From: Candidatus Aenigmatarchaeota archaeon
GTDB lineage: Archaea > Aenigmatarchaeota > Aenigmatarchaeia > Aenigmatarchaeales > Aenigmatarchaeaceae
Reading direction: 5' to 3'
NCBI GenBank assembly: GCA_043814985.1
Contig: JBDRJK010000019.1
Span: forward strand, 32,001-96,000
Length of the DNA stretch: 64,000 nt
Made by a program: the position numbers and the translations under genes. Under the pieces are notes generated by a model. The model made no database searches and had not been told where the DNA came from. It saw only the letters and a program-made list of their open reading frames with translations. Numbering within the stretch: the stretch's first letter is position 1; the number at the start of each line of letters is the position of its first letter. Positions 29,311-38,153 of the stretch are shown in pieces.

Positions 29311-29604
29311 TTGTTTGTAATGGCTAGAATTAATAATACGATAAGAGAATCTTTGGATAAACTTAGTTTTCATTTGAGGACAGAAGAAAAGAATGACCAT
29401 ATGTCTATTAAAACCAAGCCTGACATGCTTCTTGAACTGGTCAAGAAAAGAAAGAGGACCGTTAGGGAATTGTGCAACATACTGGATGTTGATCAAAGAA
29501 TTCTGTCCAGCTGGGTTAATGCCCTTGAGAGCAATAAAATCCTGAAAACAGAAGCTTCTATTTTTGGTGAATCTTTTATTAAACTGAATGGTTACAAGGA
29601 ATAA
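29311..29604 (+). CDS. Stand-alone winged-HTH-like protein similar to the N-domain of 12343-13182
   Basis: IKTKPDMLLELVK...WVNALE; start uncertain. Confidence 0.55.
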   Translation: MFVMARINNTIRESLDKLSFHLRTEEKNDHMSIKTKPDMLLELVKKRKRTVRELCNILDVDQRILSSWVNALESNKILKTEASIFGESFIKLNGYKE

Positions 29605-29677
29605 TAAAATTATATATTAAAATAATTAAAAACAAAAATAAAGATGGTTATATTCTTTATTTGACAAAAAAACTTAC

Positions 29678-29734
29678 TTAATAATCATCATCTTCTTTTT
29701 GAACTTCTTCTTTCATTTTCTTTTTCTTTGGCAT
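29678..29734 (-). CDS. 18-aa micropeptide MPKKKKMKEEVQKEDDDY
   Basis: GGGGGTGA RBS 5 nt upstream, TTTAAATA box, T7 tract after the stop. Confidence 0.5.
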   Translation of the reverse strand: MPKKKKMKEEVQKEDDDY

Positions 29735-29840
29735 GGATATCACCCCCTGTAGGCACTATCTCTGACAGATGGAAGAATTATGGACAACCTCTATTTAAAC
29801 TTTTAACCGTATTTAAACATGACCTCTCACTTGCCAGTTA

Positions 29841-30407
29841 TTAAAAAAACGACAGTATCAGGTCTATTCCTCTGGCAGCTATGAATATGCCCATTACCTT
29901 TGAGATTATGTCAACTGTTCCCTTGCCCAAAAACTTGTTTATGAAGCCGTAGGCCCTTAGGAATACCCATATTAGAGAAAGTGAAAGCAGCAATGCAAGA
30001 GAAGTCAAAACCGCACCTATGCTGTTAGTAAAAAATATTACACTGGTTATTACTCCAGGCCCTGTTGTTATAGGGGTGGCTATTATAACAGCTGCCACAC
30101 TGTAGTTCCTAGCCTTTTCCTTTGATATTTTGAAGTTAAGTATCATCTCCAAACCCAGAAGGAAAAGGACAATGCCGCCGACAATGGTAAAGCTCCTGAG
30201 GGATATGCTGAACACGTCAAGTATGGAGTTGCCACCTATGATGAAAATAAACGCAAGAATGCCTGCAACAGTTACTGCCTTGTTTACGCTCTTTATTTTC
30301 TCTTTCTTGCTGAACTTTTTGGTTATGTCCGCGAAAACTATGTACGAAGAAAAGGGGTCCATTATCATGAAAAGTATTATGAATGCCTGTAAAAAACCCG
30401 TCAACAT
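29841..30407 (-). CDS. MarC-family membrane protein
   Basis: IMDP, GGIVLF, ATP..TGPG, six TMs. Confidence 0.92.
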   Translation of the reverse strand: MLTGFLQAFIILFMIMDPFSSYIVFADITKKFSKKEKIKSVNKAVTVAGILAFIFIIGGNSILDVFSISLRSFTIVGGIVLFLLGLEMILNFKISKEKARNYSVAAVIIATPITTGPGVITSVIFFTNSIGAVLTSLALLLSLSLIWVFLRAYGFINKFLGKGTVDIISKVMGIFIAARGIDLILSFF

Positions 30408-30444
30408 AAAGTATATTCACTTTTGTTGTTTTATAAACCTATAA

Positions 30445-31878
30445 TCAACCTTTTACAACACCCAAAGGCTTCAATCTGCAAACAATCTTACTTATACCAG
30501 CCTTCTCACAAGTCTCAACAACCTCTGTAACATCCTTGTAGGCAAAGTCTGCCTCTTCAGCCAATGTCTTCAACCCAGCGCTCCTGACAAAGATTCCCCT
30601 TTTCTCCATATCTCTTTTTACTTCCTCTCCACTCTTTCTTCTCAATGCCGCATGCCTTGACATTAATCTCCCAGCTCCGTGGGCAGTGCTGAAGAATGTA
30701 TCCTTTCCAGTCTCTGTCCCGACAAGCAAATAAGAATAAGTTCCCATTGAACCTCCTATGATAACTGGCTGGCCGATATTCTTGTAGATGTCAGGTAAGG
30801 CAGCATGACCAGGTGGAAACCCTCTCGTCGATCCTTTCCTGTGAATCCATACTTTTTTCTTGTTGCTATCAATAACATGCTCTTCCTGTTTGATGGTGTT
30901 GTGGCTGACATCGTAAATTAGTTCTAATCCTAAATCTTCTGCGCTCTTTCCAAAAATATTCTCAAAGCTCTGCCTGACCCAGTGAAGTATCATTTGTCTA
31001 TTAGCTAAAGCATAGTTGACGGCGCATGATGCAGCCTTGAAATAATCCTGTCCCTCCATGCTCTGTGCCGGGGCGCATGCAAGTTCCCTGTCAGGAATCT
31101 TTATTCCGTATTTTCTCATTGCTCCCTCCATGACCCTTATGTAGTCTGTTGCAACTTGATGTCCTAGTCCTCTTGAGCCGCAGTGTATCATGGCTGTTAT
31201 CTGGCCCTCTTTTTCTATTCCCATTGTTTTGGCGACTTCAGGCAGGAATATCTTGTCAACCCTTTGGACCTCTAGATAATGGTTTCCTGAACCAAGGCTT
31301 CCCAATTGTGGAATGCCTCTCTGCTTGGCCTTGTCAGAAACACGGGAAGCGTCAGCTTGCTTCATTCTTCCCCTGTCCTCAATCCTTTCCAAGTCCATCT
31401 TCCAGCCATAGCCGTTCTTGACAGCCCACTCAGCTCCTGTTTCCAATACCTGATTCAGCTGATTCATGTTCAGTCTTATTCTTCCTTTAGAGCCTAGACC
31501 GCTTGGGACATTCCTGAAAAATGCCTCCACCAAGCTTTTTACTTTTGGTTTCATGTCCTTCTCATTCAGGTTGGTTCTTATCATTCTCACTCCGCAAGAA
31601 ATATCATAGCCGCAGAATCCAGGAGATATGATGCCAGTATCAAAATCAAATGCCCCGACCCCTCCGATTGGAGCCCCGTATCCCTCATGTGCATCTGGCA
31701 AAACAATAATGTTCTTTAAAATTCCCTTTAATGTTGCGCAATTAGAGGCCTGCCAAAATGTCCTGTCTCCCTGTATCTTTTCAATCATCTGCCTAGAAGC
31801 GTGAACCCTGACAGGAACCAGCATCTTGCCGGTTTTTGGAATCTCCCAGAGAACATCGTTTATTTTGTTTATCTCCAT
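30445..31878 (-). CDS. rtcB: tRNA-splicing ligase RtcB
   Basis: LPDAHEGYG, GYDISCG, LGSGNHYLE, HCGSRG, HRKG, AHGAGR. Confidence 0.98.
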   Translation of the reverse strand: MEINKINDVLWEIPKTGKMLVPVRVHASRQMIEKIQGDRTFWQASNCATLKGILKNIIVLPDAHEGYGAPIGGVGAFDFDTGIISPGFCGYDISCGVRMIRTNLNEKDMKPKVKSLVEAFFRNVPSGLGSKGRIRLNMNQLNQVLETGAEWAVKNGYGWKMDLERIEDRGRMKQADASRVSDKAKQRGIPQLGSLGSGNHYLEVQRVDKIFLPEVAKTMGIEKEGQITAMIHCGSRGLGHQVATDYIRVMEGAMRKYGIKIPDRELACAPAQSMEGQDYFKAASCAVNYALANRQMILHWVRQSFENIFGKSAEDLGLELIYDVSHNTIKQEEHVIDSNKKKVWIHRKGSTRGFPPGHAALPDIYKNIGQPVIIGGSMGTYSYLLVGTETGKDTFFSTAHGAGRLMSRHAALRRKSGEEVKRDMEKRGIFVRSAGLKTLAEEADFAYKDVTEVVETCEKAGISKIVCRLKPLGVVKG

Positions 31879-31931
31879 ACTATCATCACTATCTTATTAT
31901 TCTTTATAAAGATTTAATTGCAATAACTTGT

Positions 31932-32216
31932 ATGCCAGTGAGTACAGCACCATACAGGAGGGCTTATTTACATACGAAAAGCAAGGGAAGAGAGGGCACT
32001 GTCAAGTGCGGTTATTGCGGGAGAATGGTTCCCAGATGGAAGACCTTTACAAAATTCAGGGGTTTTAGGATTTCAGACCCGATTTTGAGAAGACAGGTCC
32101 CAAGTTATAGAATACACACGTTCCAGCAGAAGATGTATGTCTGCCCGAGCTGTGCCAGGAGAAGAAAAATTGTTAAACCAGGCAAAAGCGTCAGGAAAAA
32201 ACATCTCAAGGTTTAA
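31932..32216 (+). CDS. rps26e: Ribosomal protein eS26
   Basis: GR...VKCGYCGRMVPRWK...MYVCPSCA...KIVK; start reassigned to ATG 31932. Confidence 0.8.
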   Translation: MPVSTAPYRRAYLHTKSKGREGTVKCGYCGRMVPRWKTFTKFRGFRISDPILRRQVPSYRIHTFQQKMYVCPSCARRRKIVKPGKSVRKKHLKV

Positions 32217-32248
32217 AAGCTTCAATTTCTATATAATAAAGTGATTTT

Positions 32249-32578
32249 ATGAACGTAATTGAATCAAAGCCAGTGGGAATGCCAGAAGCAAAGGAAATTA
32301 TGACTAGTCAGGAGAAGGACAAGGAAATGACATACGAGCAGAAGCTGGCAATGGAACATCTAAAGAAGTTTACCAAACTAAAAGCTGCTGAGGCCAAGAA
32401 AATGTTGGAAGAGCTATCAGCAGTTCTGAGAATGTCTGAGGAGACCAAAATCCAAATTATAAATCTCTTGCCAAAGAAGCCAGAGGAGCTGAGAATGATA
32501 TTCACAAGAGAGAACTTCAGCTTGAAGGACGATGAAATCAAGAAAATACTAGAGATAGTTAAAAAATACCATAAGTGA
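32249..32578 (+). CDS. rpoF: RNA polymerase subunit Rpo4 (F)
   Basis: TYEQK.AMEHLKKF, IINLLP...EELR; upstream of DUF655. Confidence 0.9.
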   Translation: MNVIESKPVGMPEAKEIMTSQEKDKEMTYEQKLAMEHLKKFTKLKAAEAKKMLEELSAVLRMSEETKIQIINLLPKKPEELRMIFTRENFSLKDDEIKKILEIVKKYHK

Positions 32579-33144
32579 TGCTTATGCCTTTTCTAAGAGA
32601 CGAAAATGTGATAGTATTAGATTTCCTTCCAAGGGGCCATGCAGCTGGAAGACAGGAGTCTTTGGCACAGGTAATAGGCAACAAATACTTCTCATTGTTG
32701 GAGGTTGTTGTGAGAAAGGATGTTTCCTTTAAGTCAGGAGACATTGCCTACATAGGCGAATCGAAAAGGGACCAGATAGATCACATCAAAAGAAGGATAA
32801 CCATCAGGGACCTGACAACCTTTGCCAAGTCCGAACTGCCCTTTGTTGTTGAAAAACTGGTTAAAGAGAACGAGGAGAAGTTTGTCAACTTCTTTAACAC
32901 TTCTAGACCAATCTCGACCAGATTGAATCAGTTAGAGCTCTTGCCGGGAGTCGGGAAAAAGCACATGTGGGACATAATCAAGGAGAGGAAGAAGGGAGAG
33001 TTCAAGAGCTTCAAGGACCTTTCAGAGAGGATAAAGCTCATGCCAGATCCTGCCAACATAGTCATCAAGAGAATAATGGAAGAGCTGGAAAATGACAATG
33101 TCAGATACAGGCTGTTTGTAGCAGGTCCTGTCAGGAGATATTGA
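32575..33144 (+). CDS. DUF655 RNA-binding protein
   Basis: VLDFLP.G, FSLLE, LELLPGVGKK HhH. Confidence 0.92.
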   Translation: MMLMPFLRDENVIVLDFLPRGHAAGRQESLAQVIGNKYFSLLEVVVRKDVSFKSGDIAYIGESKRDQIDHIKRRITIRDLTTFAKSELPFVVEKLVKENEEKFVNFFNTSRPISTRLNQLELLPGVGKKHMWDIIKERKKGEFKSFKDLSERIKLMPDPANIVIKRIMEELENDNVRYRLFVAGPVRRY

Positions 33145-33437
33145 TGGATGTAATGGGAAAATTGCAGCAACTTCTTCTAAAAATTCCCAGAGGCAAAGTA
33201 ACAACTTACAAGGAAATAGCTAGAGCGCTTGGTATCCATTCTAGGGCTGCCGGAAGATTGCTTGGAAGTAATCCTGACAGCAAGAAATACCCATGTTATA
33301 AGGTTGTTTATGCTGATGGAAGATTGGGAGGATACACTAGTTCTACAGGTTTAAAGGAAAAGGTAAAAAGACTTAAAAAAGATGGGATAGAAGTAAAGAA
33401 TGGAAGGATTGCCAAAAAGTCGTTCTTTTATTTTTAA
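33141..33437 (+). CDS. MGMT/Ogt-family alkyl-DNA binding protein
   Basis: IPRGKVTTY.EIA, RAAG, NP....PCYKVV..DG.LGGY. Confidence 0.88.
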   Translation: MMDVMGKLQQLLLKIPRGKVTTYKEIARALGIHSRAAGRLLGSNPDSKKYPCYKVVYADGRLGGYTSSTGLKEKVKRLKKDGIEVKNGRIAKKSFFYF

Positions 33438-33517
33438 GCTGTTTTTACTACTGGATGATAGTTTTATATATCACCTGAGCTTAATTATTATTACGGTTAA
33501 GTGATAAAGGTGTATAT

Positions 33518-33715
33518 GTGTTTCAATTTCCAAAAGGTGACTTTGTGTTTAGAAAACTCAAACCAAAAAGACCCGTTGTGATAAGGAACTGCAATACTGT
33601 AAAAGTTTGCTATTATCATAAGGGAACTAAGACATGCTTGGGTCCTTTGTGCTACTGGCTCAGGATTGGCAGATGTCCTATTCATGATAGGATAATAATC
33701 AAAAGAGGCAAGTAA
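33518..33715 (+). CDS. Small Cys-containing hypothetical protein
   Basis: TATA upstream; 65 aa with Cys/His cluster. Confidence 0.4.
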   Translation: MFQFPKGDFVFRKLKPKRPVVIRNCNTVKVCYYHKGTKTCLGPLCYWLRIGRCPIHDRIIIKRGK

Positions 33716-33725
33716 TAAGGGTTTT

Positions 33726-34835
33726 TTAAGAAGAAATCAGAATCTTCAATGTTTTGAAATCAGCATCAGTCTTTATGGCAGTTGGACAGAAATGAGTTCT
33801 TGACACCTTGAAGCCTTTTTTCTCAAGTTTTTTGAATAAATAATCCATTCTAGGTATCTTTGTTTTAAGGACCTTTGCCAGATAATGTAAATCATAGTAA
33901 AAGGCAGACATGTCAGCCTCATCTATTAATAGATTCAGGAGTTTCTCCTCTTGTTTCTCCAAATTGAAGTCCCTTTTTCTCAAGTCAGCAAGCACCTTCT
34001 TGCAGAACTTCCCATCTAGGATGCTTCCCAAGTATAAAGGACCAACTATCTTGAATTTTTCACCGCAAAAACACTTTTCCTTCAATTCTCCTTGCTCCCT
34101 ATTGCCGCAGGAGCAGTCCATGACATAACCGAATTCCTTGAGTATGTCTTTCATTTTGCCCAGATGCTCTATTTTTCCATAAACTCTGAAATAGTGCTTT
34201 GTGGAGTGCATTAGTAATGGAACAAAGACCCTCTCTCTTTTTGACAGGGTCAGCATTATGTTGGTTATCAGTATCCTCATTCCCAGTTCTGGATAGTAAT
34301 CTGTCTTCAAGGAACGGATTCCGTACTTTCTAAGGCATGTTAGAGGATAGGTTCCACATAGGGGAGCCTGATCAGTTGCAGTTACACAGAGAAAGCCTCT
34401 GTGGTATATTGACCTTGCAGCAGAATCAAGATAAGGTACGGGAGTTCCAAAGGGATCCAAATCAATGACATTAAAGATGTTCTGATGAAAAAGAATATTC
34501 GCGTCTCCCTTGCTGGCCTTGCATTTCCTTGATAGCTTGTTCTCCTTTATGTTCTTTTTAATTAGTTTCACAGCAACAGGGTTCTTGTCATTCAGGAAAA
34601 CCTTTTCTATTCCCTTGATTTCCTTGGCATACCTTAACCCTCTTATACCAGTTCCTGCTAGGGCATCGCATATGGTTATCTTGTCCTCGAACTGCTCTTG
34701 GAAGGCATGTATTGCTGATATTGAGATGTCCCTCAGCAGCTCTGCCTCTGGGTTATAGAATACAGGCACATCGTAAATTCTCCCCTCAGGAACCCAGAAC
34801 TTTACTTTTCCTTCTTGGACTTTCTTCAGTTTCAT
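33726..34835 (-). CDS. trm1: tRNA (guanine26-N2)-dimethyltransferase
   Basis: VFYNP, DALAGTGIRGLR, IDLDPFGTP, TATD, SRTHF. Confidence 0.96.
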   Translation of the reverse strand: MKLKKVQEGKVKFWVPEGRIYDVPVFYNPEAELLRDISISAIHAFQEQFEDKITICDALAGTGIRGLRYAKEIKGIEKVFLNDKNPVAVKLIKKNIKENKLSRKCKASKGDANILFHQNIFNVIDLDPFGTPVPYLDSAARSIYHRGFLCVTATDQAPLCGTYPLTCLRKYGIRSLKTDYYPELGMRILITNIMLTLSKRERVFVPLLMHSTKHYFRVYGKIEHLGKMKDILKEFGYVMDCSCGNREQGELKEKCFCGEKFKIVGPLYLGSILDGKFCKKVLADLRKRDFNLEKQEEKLLNLLIDEADMSAFYYDLHYLAKVLKTKIPRMDYLFKKLEKKGFKVSRTHFCPTAIKTDADFKTLKILISS

Positions 34836-35007
34836 AAAGAGAATTATGCCTTATCACTATTAATTACCACTGCCAGTGGTAAAGGCTGTATTTATCATTT
34901 TTGGCTAAAGCTTTGAATAGTAATTTCATGAATTGTCGAATGTGCAAAAAAGATTTATAAGCATTAATTGACTACTAAGAATAAGTTGATTATCGAGGAG
35001 CTAAAAA

Positions 35008-36084
35008 ATGCCTGAAATTGACATCAAAAAATTCTTGCTGGAGAAAAAGCCCACTATTGATAAAGTGGTTGAGAAGTGGATTCCCAAAAAATTTGACATG
35101 AATTTCATGGATTTTGTTTTTGGTAAAACAAGATACCAGTATAATGTTGATGTTGTTAACAAGACTATTACCGAGCCCATTTGGGAGTTTTTGGAAAGGG
35201 GAGGAAAGAGATGGAGACCATCTTTGTTCCTTCTAGTTGTGGAGGCTTTGGGTGGTGACAAGGAAAAGGTCTTTGACTTTGTTGTGATACCAGAAATAAT
35301 TCATAATGGGACTCTTTTTGTTGATGATATTGAGGACAGGAGCGAGTTGAGAAGAGGCAAGCCATGCATGCATTTGATGTACGGTATGGATGTGGCAATC
35401 AACACTGGCAACACTATGTATTATTTGCCTCTTTTGCCTCTGATCAAGCACAGAAAGGATTTTGATTCAAACATACTTCTTAATGTTTACGAGACTTATG
35501 TCCAGGAAATGATAAACCTGGGTCTTGGGCAGGCCATGGACATAGCTTGGCATAATGGCATATGCAATGCGGACAATCTCTCTGAGAAGGAATACTTACA
35601 GATGTGCGCTTTCAAGACAGGGACTTTGGCTAGGATGTCCGCCAAGATTGCTGCAATACTTTCAGGAGCTGATGACAAGCTTGTGGAAAATTTAGGCAAT
35701 TATGCTGAGACAATCGGTATAGCGTTCCAAATACAGGACGATGTACTGAACTTGGTTGAGGGAGAGTTCACGGAGAATAAGGGGCTTGGTGAAGATATAA
35801 CAGAGGGGAAGAGGAGCCTTTTGGTGATAAACACTTTAAACAAGGCAAGTCAAGAGGACAGGAAAAGACTTCTAGAGATTCTTGGCATGCATACTAATGT
35901 TCAGAAACTAAGGAATGAGGCAATATCCATAATCAAGAAATACGGTTCAATTGAGTATGCAAAGGAGAAGGCAAAAAAAATGATTATGGAGGCTTGGGAA
36001 GGCGTTGACAAACTTATTCCAGACTCGGATGCTAAGTTAAAGTTAAAGGCCTTTACTGATTACTTGGTTGATAGAAAAATATAA
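35008..36084 (+). CDS. Polyprenyl (geranylgeranyl) diphosphate synthase
   Basis: GGKR.RP, DDIED..RRG, GQ..D, KTG, FQIQDD. Confidence 0.93.
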   Translation: MPEIDIKKFLLEKKPTIDKVVEKWIPKKFDMNFMDFVFGKTRYQYNVDVVNKTITEPIWEFLERGGKRWRPSLFLLVVEALGGDKEKVFDFVVIPEIIHNGTLFVDDIEDRSELRRGKPCMHLMYGMDVAINTGNTMYYLPLLPLIKHRKDFDSNILLNVYETYVQEMINLGLGQAMDIAWHNGICNADNLSEKEYLQMCAFKTGTLARMSAKIAAILSGADDKLVENLGNYAETIGIAFQIQDDVLNLVEGEFTENKGLGEDITEGKRSLLVINTLNKASQEDRKRLLEILGMHTNVQKLRNEAISIIKKYGSIEYAKEKAKKMIMEAWEGVDKLIPDSDAKLKLKAFTDYLVDRKI

Positions 36085-36095
36085 GGAGGAATAAT

Positions 36096-36248
36096 ATGGA
36101 GAATGACAATCTAAAAATGGTTTTAATAGATGCATCTGATGGACAGTGGGTAACTGTACCTAAACCAATTTACGAGACAGTAATAGAGGATAAGGGTTTC
36201 CTTGAAGGAAGACTTTATCTGTTAAGAAAAGAACATCCTAGTTTATAA
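36096..36248 (+). CDS. 50-aa hypothetical protein
   Basis: AGGAGG RBS; hand translation MENDNLKMVLIDASDGQW... Confidence 0.5.
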   Translation: MENDNLKMVLIDASDGQWVTVPKPIYETVIEDKGFLEGRLYLLRKEHPSL

Positions 36249-36308
36249 TTAGCACCACCAAGGGTAGTAAATAAAATACATATTCCCTTAAATTGAATAC
36301 TACATGTT

Positions 36309-36617
36309 ATGTTCCAAAAAATATCAGGAAACGTTTTAACTCCTGAAAAAATCAAAATTTTATTGAAGCTTAATAATATCATGATAAAGTTTTCCCCCTT
36401 CGAGGACCATACAGAGTTCGGCAGAAAGATTGAGGGTGAATTGAAAAAGAGATTCGGTACACATGGTTTGGAGTATGATTCAGAAAGTAACAAGTTTAGA
36501 GTCGAGGAAGGGAAAATCAGATGCATAACTCACGACTGTGGGAGCACCTGTTGCAGCGGTCTAGGAGATATTTTTTATGTTAGTGGAGAAGAACTTCAAG
36601 AGATTGCGAAAAACTAA
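36309..36617 (+). CDS. Hypothetical protein
   Basis: ORF with a Cys cluster, overlapping the mevalonate kinase start. Confidence 0.45.
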   Translation: MFQKISGNVLTPEKIKILLKLNNIMIKFSPFEDHTEFGRKIEGELKKRFGTHGLEYDSESNKFRVEEGKIRCITHDCGSTCCSGLGDIFYVSGEELQEIAKN

Positions 36618-37626
36618 GGCTTCTGCTCCAGGCAAGGTTATATTGTTCGGCGAACATGCTGTTGTCTATGATAAGCTAGGAATTGCCGCTTCTGTTGATT
36701 TGAATTGTCTTATTGAGGTTAGTACTAATAACGAGAATAAGGTTACCTATGAGATAAAGAAAATAGGAATGAAGAAGTCCATGACAAAGGAAGAGCTTTT
36801 CAATCTTTATGAAACTGTTGAAAGGCTCAAAAGAGAGGAAAGATTTGACGAAATAAAAGAACTTCAAAAAAATGAAAAGCTAAACGCAGCCCTTTTCCTA
36901 ATTTCTTCACTAATGAAGAAATACGGGTTTGTACCTATTGATGTGGTTGGTGATTCAGGCGTTACCAAGAACCTAGGTTCCAGTTCCTCAGCCTTTTCCG
37001 CGACTGCTATGGCAGTTTCAAAGTTTCTGGGAAAAGATATCTCTAAAGAGGATATTTGTGATATGGCTTACCAGGGAGATGTGGTTGCTCATGGTGGCAC
37101 GCCGTCGGGCATTGACAACTCCATTGTTACTTACGGTGGTTATATCCAATACAGGAAATCAAAGGGAATAAAACCTCTTGACATTAAGTTCAAGCTTCCT
37201 ATAATTTTTGTGGACAGCGGTCAACCGTCCAGAACAGGTGAGACTGTTCCTTACATCAGGGACCAGAGAAATAAGAACAAGGAATTCGTTGACCAAGTTT
37301 TGGATAAGCTAGACAAAATCTCTATCCAAGCCTTGGACGCTCTGAAAGAAAATAAATTGGAATTGATAGGCAAGTTAATGCTGGAATATTATTCGGAATT
37401 GAAAAAGCTCAACATATCAACAGAAAAACTGGATGAGATAGTTGAGATCGCTATCAAGAACGGAGCATTAGGAGCAAAACCAACAGGAGGATGGGGTGGA
37501 GGTTGCTGTCTGGTTCTTGCAAAGGATCAGGAACATGCAGATGAATTGGTAAAGATTTACGAAGAGAACGGTTTTAATTCTTTCCAGACCAAAATAGGCG
37601 TAGAGGGTGTCAGGGAGATAAAATGA
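36577..37626 (+). CDS. mvk: Mevalonate kinase
   Basis: SAPGKVILFGEHAVVY, LGSSSS, HGG.PSGID, GAK.TG..GGGC; true start probably ~36605. Confidence 0.93.
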   Translation: MLVEKNFKRLRKTKASAPGKVILFGEHAVVYDKLGIAASVDLNCLIEVSTNNENKVTYEIKKIGMKKSMTKEELFNLYETVERLKREERFDEIKELQKNEKLNAALFLISSLMKKYGFVPIDVVGDSGVTKNLGSSSSAFSATAMAVSKFLGKDISKEDICDMAYQGDVVAHGGTPSGIDNSIVTYGGYIQYRKSKGIKPLDIKFKLPIIFVDSGQPSRTGETVPYIRDQRNKNKEFVDQVLDKLDKISIQALDALKENKLELIGKLMLEYYSELKKLNISTEKLDEIVEIAIKNGALGAKPTGGWGGGCCLVLAKDQEHADELVKIYEENGFNSFQTKIGVEGVREIK

Positions 37627-38153
37627 GAATAGCAGTTGCAATTACAGGTGCTTCTGGCAGTGTTGTTGGTTTGAGATTAATAGAAGAACTAAAGAAGAAA
37701 GTTGAAGTTACAACAATAATATCAGATGCAGGTGAGAAAGTACTGAAAGAAGAGACAGGAACTAAAATGAAAGCCGACTATGAGGAAGATGATATAGAGT
37801 CTCCCTTGGCGAGTAGCTCGAACATCGTAGATGCTTTCATAATATGTCCTTGCTCTGTGAAGACCCTGTCTGCAGTTGCCAATGGTTATACTAACAACCT
37901 TATTATCCGTTTGGCTGATATACAACTGAAGATGAGAAGGAAGTTGATATTGTGCATTAGGGAGACTCCCTTCAATCTCATGCACATAGAGAATATGAGA
38001 AAGGTTACCTTGGCCGGTGGAATCATAATGCCTTTGAACATCGCATATTATTCCAAGCCTAAAACCTTGGATGACGTTAATGATTTTTTTGTGGGCAAAG
38101 CTTTAGATTTAATTGGAATTGAAAACAAATTGTATAAGAGGTGGAAAGAATGA
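37623..38153 (+). CDS. ubiX: Flavin prenyltransferase UbiX
   Basis: ITGASG, PCS.KTL, RETP. Confidence 0.95.
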   Translation: MRIAVAITGASGSVVGLRLIEELKKKVEVTTIISDAGEKVLKEETGTKMKADYEEDDIESPLASSSNIVDAFIICPCSVKTLSAVANGYTNNLIIRLADIQLKMRRKLILCIRETPFNLMHIENMRKVTLAGGIIMPLNIAYYSKPKTLDDVNDFFVGKALDLIGIENKLYKRWKE

